A stretch of 64,000 nt of DNA from Paraspadella gotoi (lineage: Eukaryota; Animalia; Chaetognatha). The stretch's first letter is position 1; each line of letters opens with the position of its first letter. This document shows, piece after piece, positions 48,597-61,300 of this stretch. The stretch is from the NCBI GenBank assembly GCA_051294375.1, contig CM119267.1, forward strand, positions 6,003,992 through 6,067,991, written 5' to 3'. A program made the position numbers and the translations under genes. The notes under the pieces were generated by a model. That model had not been told where the DNA came from. It searched no databases and worked only from the letters and a program-made list of their open reading frames with translations.

Positions 48597-51500
48597 TTAT
48601 TCCATCTCTTGAAACAGCGCCGTCAAAAACTCGGGGTCTCCCATTTGGTCGTGATACTTGTTCATGATTTCTTGAATCTTGTATCTTCGTTTGACCGCCG
48701 GCGGTTGGTTGGCGTCGGCGTCTTCGAGCCTCTTCCTCTGACAAATGTTGACGACAGTTTGGCGAACGGCGACGCCGAGCAAACGGCGACTGATGACAAC
48801 GCCATCGACTAATGGGACGGCCATGGCTGATCGCGAGGGCGGACTTTGCAAGAAGATGCGAAACAATCCGTTCTGCAACGGGTGCACGAAGAGAATGAAG
48901 AGATTTAAATCCATCGAAACGCCTTGCGCGTCGTCCACGCCGGGTCTACTCGATCGACGACGTGTCACGTAAGGCTCAGTCCCGGTGATGCAATGGTAGT
49001 TGACTAGTTCCGAGGATGGAAAGTGAGCGCGGTCCTCAAGGCTCTCTAACCATACGATCATCACCTTCAACTCTTGGGCGGCCGTGATCATTTGTCGACC
49101 CATTCGCCGACCCCTCGGCGTCTCGGCCGTGGCGCTACCGACAGGGGAGGGGCTCACGATTTCGCGGTAGCCCCTAGAGGCGGCGGTAGGCCCCTGAGAC
49201 GAGGATTCCGTAGGTTTTTGTTCCAATTCCAAAGAAAGGGGTCGCTGTTTGAGTGTCTTGTTTTCGCTGGCGTAAGATTCGAAGCTGTGCGTCGTTCCAA
49301 TGGCGCTTTGCGTCGGACGATGAGGAGTTTTGATGGCGGAGTCTTGAGAGAATTCGGTTCGGTGGCGGTCCTGCTTGCTAGTAAAAAATTTACTCTTTTT
49401 TCCAGCGGCGTTGCTGTTGGCGCCGCTCGTTTTTGCAGAACCTTCTCCGGAGCTGGACCGACGAGACCGATCTTCGAAATCGGAAGAGCCAGGTTCCGAG
49501 ATGGCGGGGAGTTCCGACTTGGTGCTAGAAATTGTCGATAGCGAGGATCTCGACACACCAGATTCAAGGGATATGGCGTCCAGGGCTTCGACCAAAGATG
49601 GTCGCCGCGCCAGCGAAGCGCGTATCACATCCGAGGAATGTAAGGAAGGAGTAATAAAAGCAATCTCAGAGTTAATGTCTCCGTAATACAACACTTTTTC
49701 AAGCCCGTCGTACAATTCTGGCTTCAAATTCGGGAGGACTGACATTTCGCTGGAGAAAGGATTGGATTCCAGCACACACCAACTGGATAAGACGTTTCCA
49801 GTCCAGCCGGCGTGTTTAAGGATATCCACGGGCCAGCCGAGGGAGTTGAGCAGTTGGTAAAAGAAGGGGTGAATATCTTCCGAGTTGTTGGCATTGTTAA
49901 GAATCTCCTCGGCGTTTCTCTGACCGGACTTCACATAAAAAACGAAAGCGGTATCTACCATTCTTGAGGGAAGAGAATCCAACTGCTCTATGTCAGAAGA
50001 AAATCCCGTTGCGCGAGAATCGATAGCGACGACTTTAGGACTGGAACTGTTCTCGTTTAATTTGTCGATGTTCAAAAATCCGAAATGGGAAAGAAATAAG
50101 CGCGCAGTTTGAAACTCGTGGCAGGCGGCCGGAGGGCGGCATTCCAAGGAGGGGTCCAAGAAGCTGGATGAAGAGGCTCTGACAGCAGCGGTTTCGTCTT
50201 CATACACTTTAGCCACGGAATCCTCGAAAGCCGCTTGGGATTGAACGAGTTTGACAAAGGCGTCGTGCTCGGCGACGCTGTTCGTTTCTTTCAAGACTTC
50301 CTCTAAGGTTGGGATGCTCTTGTCAGCTTTGACCTCTGGAATATGATCAACCAATTCCGGCCACCAGCGTTGAGGCTTTAGCTGGAAGTCGGAGGGGGTT
50401 TCGTCGGGTAAGGGTCGAGTTACAACAGCGTTAGCGCGACTTCCGCGGGATTTGTTTCTCATGCTACGAGGAAGATGGCGGAGTTGCATCGTCCAGACGT
50501 GTTTTCCGCGGCAGCTCCTCAGCAAAACGGTGACCGTGGGAAGGGGATCTTGTTCATTAGCCAGAGGCTGTTCAAACAATGCAACGATAAACGAGTTGTC
50601 GATGACGAAATAACGAAATTGCTTCATCGCGGATTCTCGGGCATCAGAGACGCTGAATTCTTCGAAACATTGCTTTAAGAGCATGCCTTCGTCCAGAAGG
50701 GAGCTGAGGGACTCAGGACCGCACGGTGAAGGAAATGATCCGGTCTGGTCCATGAGAATGGAAAGGACATTTTCGGCCGCTTCGCGCACGCGCATAGAGG
50801 CTGGCCTCAATTCTTTGTTGGCTTTAAAAATGCCAGCGTCCTTTTCTCCAACTTTTGATTTGGCTCCAGATATTCCCAATTCTATAGTTTCGAAAACATT
50901 CATGAGAATGCTTTCATCTTCAAGAAGTTCGGGATGATCGATCAACCAAAACGACAAACATTGGTAAGCCGCAACTATCATAGAATGAAGATCTCTCGAG
51001 TGGTTTTGTGGAGGCCGGGAGCACTGTTCCTCGATGTAAGCGCATACAAACTTGACCACCACTTTATAAACTCTTATCAATTCGTTCGATTCCAATGTAT
51101 TTTCTCTGAGAATGAGAGAGACTTTGGAAAGCCCGCACAAGACTTCCAGCGCGGAGAGAGACATGCTCAAGTCAGATTTCCACGATTTGTTCAATTTGGC
51201 CTGAATCACTTTGATGGCGCGGCCGAAGAATTCCGTCGCCGTGTCGCCAGGATCGGAAAACTGAGATTCCATCTGCGGACGGGACGGCGACGATCTTGTC
51301 AAAGGCGGCGACGATACGACGATCGGCGGCCTTTTATCCTCCTGAATTTCTAGATTGGCATTCATAAAATCAGAATCGAACTGCTGCATTGGTTCCGAAG
51401 ATGCACTCGGTGTCTTTTGTTTGGATGCAATGCGCGAAGGTTGAGAGGCAGAGATAGTTTCCTTCTCTTCTCCGCTTGTTGCGGCGCTGGAATTCAGTTC

Positions 51501-53807
51501 GAAAAATGCAGAATCTTGAACGACGATGAGTAGGGCTCCCAAGAGCATGTGGATGTTTATTGAGTCCGTTTCCGTGTGCAACGCCTGAATGATCAGGTTC
51601 ATCAATTTAAGCTTCAAACTTCTGAAAGTCTCCGTCGAATCCCTGTCCCCAAGAGAGAGAGAATGGAAATCGCCGTCAACATTGGCGGTGACGGTGATGT
51701 CATTCAAGGGCAAATCCCGAAAGTGTAAGGGAAGGCAGAGCATCGAGATGAGCAAGTGAATGGCGGATCGACGAAGCTCCGTGTGGGAAATCATTTCGCT
51801 TCCTTTGAATCGCGGATTAGATTCGGGCAGGATTAATTCCAACGCCGATAAAAAATGCGGGATCAGAATAAATATTCCGTCCAAATCGCTTCTCAGCAGA
51901 TCCGAACCGCTAATTAACATGGAAGACAGAACTGCGCCGGAGGGATCTTGCTCGAGCTGAAGGGCGTAATAGAGAATGAGATACGATCTGGACAAGTAAG
52001 TTGGTAAAATATCTTCCTTCGTCTTGAGGGAACACAGGATTCGACAAATCGAAGCAATTGCTTCGGCCCTCCCGGCCTCGTATCCAGATTTGCTCAACTT
52101 GATCGAGGCCCCGTCTGGGGTGGACTGTCCATCAGCCGCTTCGGAACCCTCGTCGATGCGACTCGTCGTTCCGGATTGGTCGAGAAAAGATGGCGTTCGT
52201 CGGGTGGCAGAATTCTTCATGTTTTCGTGGGAAGGGTGAAGGTGGCACCCGACCAGAGCTGCCTCGAAGAGCCAACAACCGAGCAGATGGAAGACCGAGT
52301 TGCATGTGGCCCTGATGGGAAAATAGGAAGCGCCACGATCGACGGCGCCGGCCGGAAGACTCGCGGACTGAGAGTCACCGGGTGAACCATGCGAATGATG
52401 CGAATGAGTTCCATGGGCGAGACTGGCAAGGCTCGTTGTTCTGGCGGTAAGAACGTTTTTGGAAAACCTTTCGGTCTTTTTGGCGGCAGAAGGGTTAGAC
52501 CCGCGGTACGCTTTACGTTGGGCTGGAGGCGTGGTGGGAGTGACTAACCACGGTTTAGGCGCATCGGCGAGTGGGTTGTGCAACGGTGCAACGGCGCTGC
52601 TATTGTGGATGAAATCACGATGCGTCTGATCTTGAATAGAATCATAGATTCCGAGAAAGGCGTCCGCGATGTTGGAAATACTTTTGATAGCATTAAAGAA
52701 AATTATGGGAAGCTTTTGAAGACAGGGATGGTGGATTGGATCCTTCGGTCCCAATTTCCCGGTGATGGCCGACTGAATGAACTTTGGGGCGTCGGCGATT
52801 ACCTCCGGTTTGCTGAGATCAGTCGGATCGCTCAAAACGTGAAGAAAGCGAAACCAAGCCTGAACGAGGCATTCGTTGGACAATTCCGTCAAAATGATCC
52901 GGTCCTCAACTTCGTCCAGTCGCTTAAACTCGGGAAATGTGGGTCCATATAGAATCGTCAAAACTCTTGAGGTCAACTTTGAAACTGTTTTGTTCCATTG
53001 ATCGACGACGCAGGAGTGATGTCGCCAGAAGCGGCACAACTCTTTCAACGTTTTCCAAAGGGAGGGAGAAGGAAAGGATCGAGCGCACGACAAAAGCCAA
53101 ACATCGTAAAGAACCGAAACGATTCTCTCGCCGAGCTGATCGCCGATGTCGTCCTTCACTGTAGGAGGCGATAGCAAAGCGTCGTTGGCCGCTAGGAGGA
53201 AACACAAAAGCGCCTCCCAAGTGGCGTTGTCCATGACGACAGATTCTGTCGCCAGCGTCTGCAGGGTTCGAAGAGCGCGGTGGCACAAGACGGCTTGATG
53301 CTTGATCAAATCCTGTCGTTGTTGCGACGATGGGGTCGCCGCCACCGCAGCCGATGACCCGCCCGAAAGAGGCCGGGATTTCGCAGGAGTCGGTCGTGGA
53401 ACGAAAAGATAATACAAATGAAGAAAGATGCGTCGGGCGTAAAAGTTGGGGTCTTCGGCAACAGGGGCTGGCACGTTAGTCTTGGGCGTCGTGAGAGCCG
53501 TGAGCCAATCGCACTCAACGTTGACGCAGTCGCGGATTATTTCGTATTCGGTGAAGGGAAGAGTGAGACCGAATCCGACAACCTCCATCGTCCACTTGAC
53601 TTGATCATCGGAAGTCAAAGAGCTGGGAACGACGCTGTGGGAACTGGGGCTATGGACGAGGGACTTGACGACCGAAGCCGCTACTTCCTTGCCGACCCCC
53701 TCCGGAAAGATGGCGAGGACGCTGGCGTTGTTCATCCGGTCTTTTTCGATTTTTTGGACGAGCGAAGTCCATTCGCTGTACATGTCCGTGGTTCCGGTCG
53801 GAGCCAT
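48597..53807 (-). CDS. RALGAPB: Ral GTPase-activating protein subunit beta, intronless
   Basis: MYSEWTSL, VKWTMEV, SFPSPSLWKT, YEAGRAEA, HSRDLHSMIVAAY, PASMRVREAAE and PLVDGVVISRR. Confidence 0.95.
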   Translation of the reverse strand: MAPTGTTDMYSEWTSLVQKIEKDRMNNASVLAIFPEGVGKEVAASVVKSLVHSPSSHSVVPSSLTSDDQVKWTMEVVGFGLTLPFTEYEIIRDCVNVECDWLTALTTPKTNVPAPVAEDPNFYARRIFLHLYYLFVPRPTPAKSRPLSGGSSAAVAATPSSQQRQDLIKHQAVLCHRALRTLQTLATESVVMDNATWEALLCFLLAANDALLSPPTVKDDIGDQLGERIVSVLYDVWLLSCARSFPSPSLWKTLKELCRFWRHHSCVVDQWNKTVSKLTSRVLTILYGPTFPEFKRLDEVEDRIILTELSNECLVQAWFRFLHVLSDPTDLSKPEVIADAPKFIQSAITGKLGPKDPIHHPCLQKLPIIFFNAIKSISNIADAFLGIYDSIQDQTHRDFIHNSSAVAPLHNPLADAPKPWLVTPTTPPAQRKAYRGSNPSAAKKTERFSKNVLTARTTSLASLAHGTHSHHSHGSPGDSQSASLPAGAVDRGASYFPIRATCNSVFHLLGCWLFEAALVGCHLHPSHENMKNSATRRTPSFLDQSGTTSRIDEGSEAADGQSTPDGASIKLSKSGYEAGRAEAIASICRILCSLKTKEDILPTYLSRSYLILYYALQLEQDPSGAVLSSMLISGSDLLRSDLDGIFILIPHFLSALELILPESNPRFKGSEMISHTELRRSAIHLLISMLCLPLHFRDLPLNDITVTANVDGDFHSLSLGDRDSTETFRSLKLKLMNLIIQALHTETDSINIHMLLGALLIVVQDSAFFELNSSAATSGEEKETISASQPSRIASKQKTPSASSEPMQQFDSDFMNANLEIQEDKRPPIVVSSPPLTRSSPSRPQMESQFSDPGDTATEFFGRAIKVIQAKLNKSWKSDLSMSLSALEVLCGLSKVSLILRENTLESNELIRVYKVVVKFVCAYIEEQCSRPPQNHSRDLHSMIVAAYQCLSFWLIDHPELLEDESILMNVFETIELGISGAKSKVGEKDAGIFKANKELRPASMRVREAAENVLSILMDQTGSFPSPCGPESLSSLLDEGMLLKQCFEEFSVSDARESAMKQFRYFVIDNSFIVALFEQPLANEQDPLPTVTVLLRSCRGKHVWTMQLRHLPRSMRNKSRGSRANAVVTRPLPDETPSDFQLKPQRWWPELVDHIPEVKADKSIPTLEEVLKETNSVAEHDAFVKLVQSQAAFEDSVAKVYEDETAAVRASSSSFLDPSLECRPPAACHEFQTARLFLSHFGFLNIDKLNENSSSPKVVAIDSRATGFSSDIEQLDSLPSRMVDTAFVFYVKSGQRNAEEILNNANNSEDIHPFFYQLLNSLGWPVDILKHAGWTGNVLSSWCVLESNPFSSEMSVLPNLKPELYDGLEKVLYYGDINSEIAFITPSLHSSDVIRASLARRPSLVEALDAISLESGVSRSSLSTISSTKSELPAISEPGSSDFEDRSRRSSSGEGSAKTSGANSNAAGKKSKFFTSKQDRHRTEFSQDSAIKTPHRPTQSAIGTTHSFESYASENKTLKQRPLSLELEQKPTESSSQGPTAASRGYREIVSPSPVGSATAETPRGRRMGRQMITAAQELKVMIVWLESLEDRAHFPSSELVNYHCITGTEPYVTRRRSSRPGVDDAQGVSMDLNLFILFVHPLQNGLFRIFLQSPPSRSAMAVPLVDGVVISRRLLGVAVRQTVVNICQRKRLEDADANQPPAVKRRYKIQEIMNKYHDQMGDPEFLTALFQEME

Positions 53808-54138
53808 TTTTTTTTATGGAATGCTGGAATCAAGGATCGGAAAAGAAAAACTGTACACCTCGAAATAAAAAAAAAAAATAGTTTAGAGAACAATTGTAGA
53901 ACATTCAATTCAACCCCTAAAAAAATGAACAAGCCAATGACCCTACCACGAAACGGATCGTAAAAATCATAAAAACTTGTTTTTAAGCATGTCGAGTCAT
54001 TAAAATTTAAGTGTTATCACCGTCCAAAAATGTAAAAAAAAAAAATCACACTATTGACATTTCGGCCATGGGCCTAAATCACGCGGCGATGAAGCTCTGA
54101 CGAGTGCTATTGTCCTTTTGAAGCAGACCACAGTTAGT

Positions 54139-55326
54139 TTAAGGTTGCATTCTTAATGCTCCATCTATGCGGATCACTTCTGCATTCATCATCGGGTTTT
54201 CAACTATGCTTTCCACTAAATGCGCGTATTCGTCGACGTGACCCAATCTGCGATACAAAATTATTTTTAAATTAAATAGGCTCTAAATGATTATAATGTT
54301 CGGAGTCAATTGAATTACCTCGATGGGAATGGTACGGTAGTAGCGAGGTAGGATCGGACTTTTTCTGGCAATTGTCCTAAAAGAGGCGTCATGAAAAGAC
54401 CAGGTGCAACCGTGTTAACTCGAATTCCTAGGAAATTTAAAAAAAATGGTATTCCTGAAAATCTATTTTTTAAAAAAAGATAAGAATCTAATACAACTTT
54501 TTTTTTTATCAATACCGACGCTGGCAAGGTCCCTGGCGATGGGTAATGTCATCCCAACGATGCCACCCTTGGAAGCGGAATAAGCGGCCTGTCCCCGCTG
54601 GCCGTCGTAGGCAGCCACAGAGGCCGTGTTAATGATGACCCCGCGATGGTGATCTTCGTCCGGCTCGTTTTCGGCCATCAACGCTGCGCTCAAACGAATC
54701 ACGTTGAAGCTCCCGACGAGATTCACGTTGATTATTTTCTGTGTGATTCATGGAAATATAATTGAGTTATTAAGGAAGTGACTACAGTACGACTATCTTA
54801 TAAATAAACCAATTTTAAATTGGTGTTTTCCGAGGATTAGTGAAGGGAAAAATACAGTTTCAAAAGTAAAGAAATGGAAATTCTTTATAATTTTCGCCAA
54901 AACGGAAAATTTAAATACAAAAATATTCGTAGCTAATAAATGGCAAAAATTTAATTTGCCTTCTACCTGAAACACGTCGAGCTTATGAATCCTCGCATCC
55001 GGATCGGGTTTTTTCGGATTGTAGGTGAGGACGGCAGCTCCGATTCCGGCGCAGTTAATCACCACATCGAGCTGTTTGAAGTTGTCCTTGGCCACGTCTA
55101 AGGCTTTTCGGACGTCGGCCTCGACGGTGACATCGCCGGGAACGAAAACGGCGTCGGCGCCGAGACGTGAGGCAACTTTCTCGCCCGGCGAAACGGGCAG
55201 ATCTAAGAGGACCACTTTAGCTCCGTTACGAACAAAGCGTTCGACGGTGCCGAGGCCGAGTCCCGAGGAGCCGCCAGTGATCAGCGCCACTTTACCGGCA
55301 ATCGTGCGCACACCGGAAGCAGCCAT
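54139..55326 (-). CDS. HSD17B10: 3-hydroxyacyl-CoA dehydrogenase type 2 (scully/MRPP2), multi-exon
   Basis: [41 protein letters not shown] and C-terminal [11 protein letters not shown]. Confidence 0.95.
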
Positions 55327-55501
55327 TGTGTGGTTCTATCAACCAGACACCGAAAGGGAATGGCTCTTTTTAAATATATTAACAATTACAAAAATAAGTT
55401 GAGCAAAAATTAATAAATTAGGCAATTTTTTTTAAAGACGAGTAGAACGACTAGATTTAAATAATTTCATAAAAAAAAAAAAAAAAAACAAACCAAGATT
55501 A

Positions 55502-57730
55502 TCAAGATTGTTTCGGCATCTGAGTTATTCCCAATTTCCGCAGATCAACGACAGTTACTGGCAACCCTCTGTGCACGCTTTTAATATGCGTCCGGCAATT
55601 GGTCCTTTGCACCGTCGCGTGACTGCAATAAGCGCACTTATAATTTCGCACACGATTCGTGTGCATGATGCTCACGTGATTCCGCAATTTCCACTTGGAA
55701 GCGTAGATGCCTCCGCAAAAGTCACAAGGAAAACTCTGGTTGCCATGGCATTCGACCTGATGTACTCGTAAATGGCGAGCCTGACGAAAGTGTTTTCCGC
55801 AGCCGATCTCACGACATCCGTATTTCGGCTCCGTCTCCTCGTGATTCTCCACGTGTTTTAGATACGTGTGCTTCCGAATCGTCGAATAATCGCAATACTT
55901 GCACTTGAGAATCGGTTTCGCGCCCACGTTGATTTTATGCGCGGAATAAAGATGATCCAGAAATGGATCCTTGACGTTGGATCCGTAGGGACAATCGCCC
56001 TGCTTACAGTAAAAACGGTAAGGCGCGCCGTGAGCCGAACTCATATGATTTTCTAAACCCATCGAAAATTTGTAAGTTTTGCCGCACAAACAGCAGACGT
56101 GATTGTCGTAAACGTATTTTTTTCCGTCGACATCTTTCGTTTTCTTCCCCTCCTTATTACCTTGAGCATTGGAAGCTTTCCGTTTCGCTCTGCAGAATCG
56201 AGAATGATCGCGTGTCTTGCAAGAAACAACCCTCCTTTCATCTTTCGCGGCGACGATGTTGTGAAAACGATGGAGATGTTCCTTCAAGTGTCTCGCGTTG
56301 GAGACGACGAAGTCGCATAGGTTGCAGACTTTGGCCAAATCGATGAAGATATAGCCGTGCTCGTTGAGAAGGTGGCCGCCGAGTTTGTACCGACTTCCCT
56401 GACTCATCCGTTCGTCGCAAAAAGGGCACCACAATTTCCCCGGCGCCCGCGGGAGCTTGACCTCCTGCAAGGAGCCATCTTCCAATTTCAATTCAAGCAC
56501 GTTCCGTATCGACGTTCCGCGAATTTCCCCTTTTATCTTCTTGCCGTCTCGTTCCCAAGACTTGCTCTGGCGATTGCCAAAGGGAATCACGGTGCCAAGA
56601 AAGGGTCGCGGGTGGTCTGCCGCATGGTGCCAGCTGTTAGCGTCGCCCTTAAGATCCTCGATCTTGGCCATGATTCGCCGCTTGATGATCATTTGCAAAT
56701 CGCGCGGATTTTGAAAGAGTTCCTTGACTTCGTTGTTGTTGAGAGTTTTGATTTGTTCGTTTGGATGGACGACGTCCTCGTTATCATCCAACGAGTCGAT
56801 CGAATCTACCCTCGTCCCGTTAAAGGGATTGATAAGGGACGAGTGCTCCGCCGATTCTGAGGTCGGCGAGGGGGGAGAACTGTCGGGTGCCGAAATGGGA
56901 GAGGGCGTTTCTACGGAACGTTCTGAGGACGGAGATGGTGTCAGCAGAGAGCGATAGATCGACATATTGGCGCCTTTCGGGCCCAGTTCCTGAAACGGGG
57001 AGACAATGTCGCCATCGGATTTTGACGGCGCGGAGTAGTTTTCGAAGTGACATTCTGCCTCTTGAGTTTTATTTCGTTTTTTCCTCGGCTTAACGAAATT
57101 ATTATTGCGTTGAATTCGAGTTAGTTTTTCTATCGACTTTTTTTCCGACTCGTCGGCTGACTGATCCAGCATTTCATCGTCGAATACTCCCCCGACATCC
57201 TCAAAAAATATCGTTTCTTTCTTCAGGGCGATGGGCGGAACAAGCCCCACTTCTTCAATCTTGGGCGTCATACTCTCTTCATCTTTGACGAATCCGTCGA
57301 AATGTCGCGACCAACTCTTCCATTCGACCAAAACTGTGGCCAAGGTGTCGAAGCCGAGAAAAGAGGCGCCGAGAGCAAACTTGTCAAAAGCCTCCTCGAA
57401 GGAAGTTGGGATGCGCAGGGTGCGGTGACGGAGACGGAGAGCGACATTGGCGATAGTCAACGTCTCATTGTACATGTAGTCCAGCAAAAACTCAAAAAAC
57501 GTCGCCTCGACGCAATCAGGCAACGTCAATACGTCTTCCTTCAATTTTCCGATTTTGTGCAGATCGTAAAAGTGAGGGGAGGCGGCGACGAGGACCAGTT
57601 TGTGGACGAGAAATTCCCGGTGATTGTCGCCCTCTTTGGCTCTGACGACTAAGTCGCAAAGAGCGCCAGCCTTTCTCAGCGACAGTAATTTTGTTTCGTT
57701 AAGCCGGAGAGAATCTGGGGTCGGCGTCAT
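55502..57730 (-). CDS. BTB/POZ plus C2H2 zinc-finger protein (ZBTB family)
   Basis: LCDLVV..FLVHKLVLVAASPHF BTB domain and multiple C-terminal CxxC...HxxxH fingers. Confidence 0.9.
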   Translation of the reverse strand: MTPTPDSLRLNETKLLSLRKAGALCDLVVRAKEGDNHREFLVHKLVLVAASPHFYDLHKIGKLKEDVLTLPDCVEATFFEFLLDYMYNETLTIANVALRLRHRTLRIPTSFEEAFDKFALGASFLGFDTLATVLVEWKSWSRHFDGFVKDEESMTPKIEEVGLVPPIALKKETIFFEDVGGVFDDEMLDQSADESEKKSIEKLTRIQRNNNFVKPRKKRNKTQEAECHFENYSAPSKSDGDIVSPFQELGPKGANMSIYRSLLTPSPSSERSVETPSPISAPDSSPPSPTSESAEHSSLINPFNGTRVDSIDSLDDNEDVVHPNEQIKTLNNNEVKELFQNPRDLQMIIKRRIMAKIEDLKGDANSWHHAADHPRPFLGTVIPFGNRQSKSWERDGKKIKGEIRGTSIRNVLELKLEDGSLQEVKLPRAPGKLWCPFCDERMSQGSRYKLGGHLLNEHGYIFIDLAKVCNLCDFVVSNARHLKEHLHRFHNIVAAKDERRVVSCKTRDHSRFCRAKRKASNAQGNKEGKKTKDVDGKKYVYDNHVCCLCGKTYKFSMGLENHMSSAHGAPYRFYCKQGDCPYGSNVKDPFLDHLYSAHKINVGAKPILKCKYCDYSTIRKHTYLKHVENHEETEPKYGCREIGCGKHFRQARHLRVHQVECHGNQSFPCDFCGGIYASKWKLRNHVSIMHTNRVRNYKCAYCSHATVQRTNCRTHIKSVHRGLPVTVVDLRKLGITQMPKQS

Positions 57731-58338
57731 GTCACACTGACACAGTTACTTGTTCAGCCTGGTAAAAGAAGAAGACTGAACCAAATAATAAACAAAAAAA
57801 GGACTAAAAACGATCAAGAACGTTTGATGGATAACGTTCAATTAGCGTCGTTCATGATATAGCATTGATTTAAAAAATGAGCAGATTAACAAGCAATATT
57901 AAAACGTAAACACGCAAATTAGGCTGCCGCATTGATAATAAGTAAATAAGTTATGTAAAGTTTATCATCAAGATTTGAGAACCTTTCTGAATCAAAAGAA
58001 GGGAAAAAATATAATAACACTAATACTGTGACCTGTTAATCGTTAAATTTATTGTCTTTTAATTTATTATTTATAATTTTAATGTTATATTTTTAACTGT
58101 CATTAATGTTCTTCATATCCTAGCTAGCGCGAATATAAGAGGCAGCGTTATTTGTCGTTTCAAAATTCAAATTTCTAATCGAAAACAGCAATAGGCTCAA
58201 ATAAATAAAACATATGTTGCATCAATAAAAATCAGGAATGACTTTAAAAAAAAAACAAAAACAGAATCAATATCAAATATAAGAAACAAAAAAAATCCAT
58301 TTTTATAATATTATTGCAAAAAAAAAATCTAAAAGAAA

Positions 58339-61300
58339 TTAACATTTCAAAGCGAATCCCAAGTCCAACAATCCCTGATTAATGAGGAAATCATTAGGAG
58401 AAGTGTCCCAAATATCAACTTCAATGTTGTTCGATGACGACGAAACAACTTGTGCAATAAGACTGCGTGAGTTTACCTGAACAAATTTGATAGGAAAAAT
58501 TGTAACGGCTATCAAACAAAAAACCGATACGCGATTCCACTTACCCGCGACCCGAACCACTTCTTGGCCTCCTCGCTCCACTCCCAGTGGGCCGGTCGAA
58601 CTCTTGCCAGACGACAGGGCACCGCCATTTCCGGTTCTTTGGCGAATCTCTCATCCATCCGGATGAAGTTTTCCGCGCTTCGTCTCACGACGCGATAGTA
58701 GCCAAAATCGACGAGATAAACCTTGACAGAATTGTCGTCGACCGAGCAAAGGCGGCAGCGGGCGAACGACTCGCCCACTCGCACGAAAGCCATCGCGTCG
58801 GCGCGAAGTTCAAAGTCGGCCAGAAGACGGTCGGCCTCGTGGCGAAGACAATACTCCTCGATGTCGTGCTGCAAGGAGATGATCGTCGAATCGGAAGACG
58901 GTTCCGGTGAGGACGACGTGTCTGACGAAGGGATCTCGGCGAAAGGAATGCCTGTATCGTCATAGATGACGTTGAAAGCGGAAAGAGGAGTGGCCCCAAA
59001 AACGAAACGGAGGTAAAAGTTGTCCGGGTCGACGAAAGAAACGACCTCGACAGAATACCACTTGCCGACGTCGAGTTTGACACGAAAGACGGCGCGCGTT
59101 CGAGCGACTGCCTTGGTGTTCACGTTGGGCGGCGTCGAGTCGAGGGACAAAAGTGCCGGCTGATCCAGAGAGTTGTAGGAGCCTCGCGAAGACGGCCGAT
59201 CGGACCCGACCACTCGGGGAAGTTCCGGAATTGAAGACACGGAGTCAGGGCCGACACTGGTTTTAAAGTAGGTAAGTAATTGTAAGGTAAATTTCAAACT
59301 TTATTGCACAGAATTTTCATTCACTTAGTTATTAACGTAATTTTAGGAAAATTAAAAAAAAAATCGATAAGAACCGTGCCTGTTTACGATCTCGGACTTG
59401 ATCGAGGACGATCCGCCAACAGAAATATCAGATCTAGGCGGGGTCTTGACTCTGGCAACCCCAAGAGCGATCAATTTATCGGCCAACGTACTTGGCGGTT
59501 GTGGTTCGCCATCTTTACTGAAATCCGGCAAAAGCACCGAAATTTCTAAAGCCTCCAAGTGAAAAGGATCAATGGAAACGACGTTGTTGATCTTTGATAA
59601 ATATCCCTTGTACACCACTTGAAAATCGATCAACCGTGACATGGCAAGGCCGTCTTCTTCGGACCAAATGCGTTTCGTGGGCAAAAGGTCGGGAGTTAAA
59701 TTGCACTTGACGCATTGCGGGGGCAAATGGGCGAAACTTTCGAGGAGGGGTCCCGCATTATGCCAATCCACCCATTCCGTTTCACCGAAGTCCAAATAGT
59801 ATACGAGGTAGACGGATTTTTGACCCAGTTTTACCGATCGAATGTCCCGGACAAGACCCCGACGAAATTCATCGCTTTCCTCGTGAAAGACGGCGACGGC
59901 GTCGTGGATGCGAGGGTCAAAATCGTTTTTAAACGATTCCAGCTCCACCGACTGGTAAAAATTTCGCATCCCCAGATGCAGGTTTCTCAGGTCGCCGGAA
60001 TCGAGGAGGGATTGGGGACGAACGTAGAAGGCGGCCGGAGATTCGACAAAGGAAAACTGAAAGGTAAACTCGACGCCGTGATGGACGAAAACCAAATCTT
60101 TCCGAGAACACTGTAAAGCGGAGACGTATTGGTCGCGACGAAAGGTTTTTCTTTCCTGACCAAAAGCTGGGACGACGGTTACGGGACGCGGTTCCATCTC
60201 GGCGGGAGCCGAGACATCTTGGGTGGAGACGAGAGGAGACGGACGATCGAAAGAGGCCGAGATTCCATGAATTTCGCAGAAAGAATCTTTCGCCGTTAAC
60301 ATAATTTCTTTGAACCGGTAGTCGTCGACGGCGACCGCCAGGTTTAAATCAACCAGTTTATCAAGGACCTTTCCTTCGGGGGCATCCCCATGCGCCAGCC
60401 ATTTGATGTCTGCGATCATCTCGTCGAGGCCCGGATGAAACTTGAAGGCGGCGGCCAATGGAACTGACTTGAGATTGTCGAAGATTTGCTTCAAGGTGTC
60501 GTTGTACCGCTTCCAGTCGAGGAAGCCTTCGTTCAGCAAAGGCCCCGCGCCTCGCAGCCGACAAGGCAAGGTTCGACAGGGAAACTCAGCAAATTCGGCC
60601 TTCAGCGGCCTCACGTCGGTTATGGGGCAGACGCGGGATTCTCCAATATCGAGAAGCACAACCGCCACTTCTGCCTCGTGAGGAAATTCACCAATGACCT
60701 TTCCCCGGTACCAGGCACCGCTGGGATCACGTACCGCGCATCGCTCACTTTTTTTTATAGTTTTTCCGCTCGCCGGGAAGTTATTGTAGAATTTGGATAG
60801 CTCAGCGCTAATTTCTTCGCGACTCGGCATTCCCGGTTTTCCTTGTATTGTGACCCAGAGATAATCGGGAAGGTTACAATCTGGCAGATTGAAAATCCCG
60901 CAAGCTTCCAGAGGTACGAAATTATGTTCAATCTTGATTTCGTCGCTTAAGTAACCTCGATTGAGAACGTCGTAAATGTTCATGTCAAAAGAGTTCACGA
61001 CGCACTCCTGGTTGATCCGGGATCGGTTTGATTTTCCGAAGCGCTGAGAGGTCAACGAGGGAACGTGAACTTTGGGATGTGGGCGTATTAATTTCGGCGA
61101 GTGTTGGCGAAAATAATGCGGAGTTGGATTACCGGCAAATAGAGCGTCTTGATTTGAATTTATAGATAAGGAACTGCTTGAAACATATTTTAGTTCGGGT
61201 GGAGGTCGCGTCGAAAGCGAGTCCTCGAATGAGTCGGTTTCTGGTCGGGATCTCTGTTTCAGGATCTCCGGCGATGGATGACTCGGCTCCGTTCTGTATG

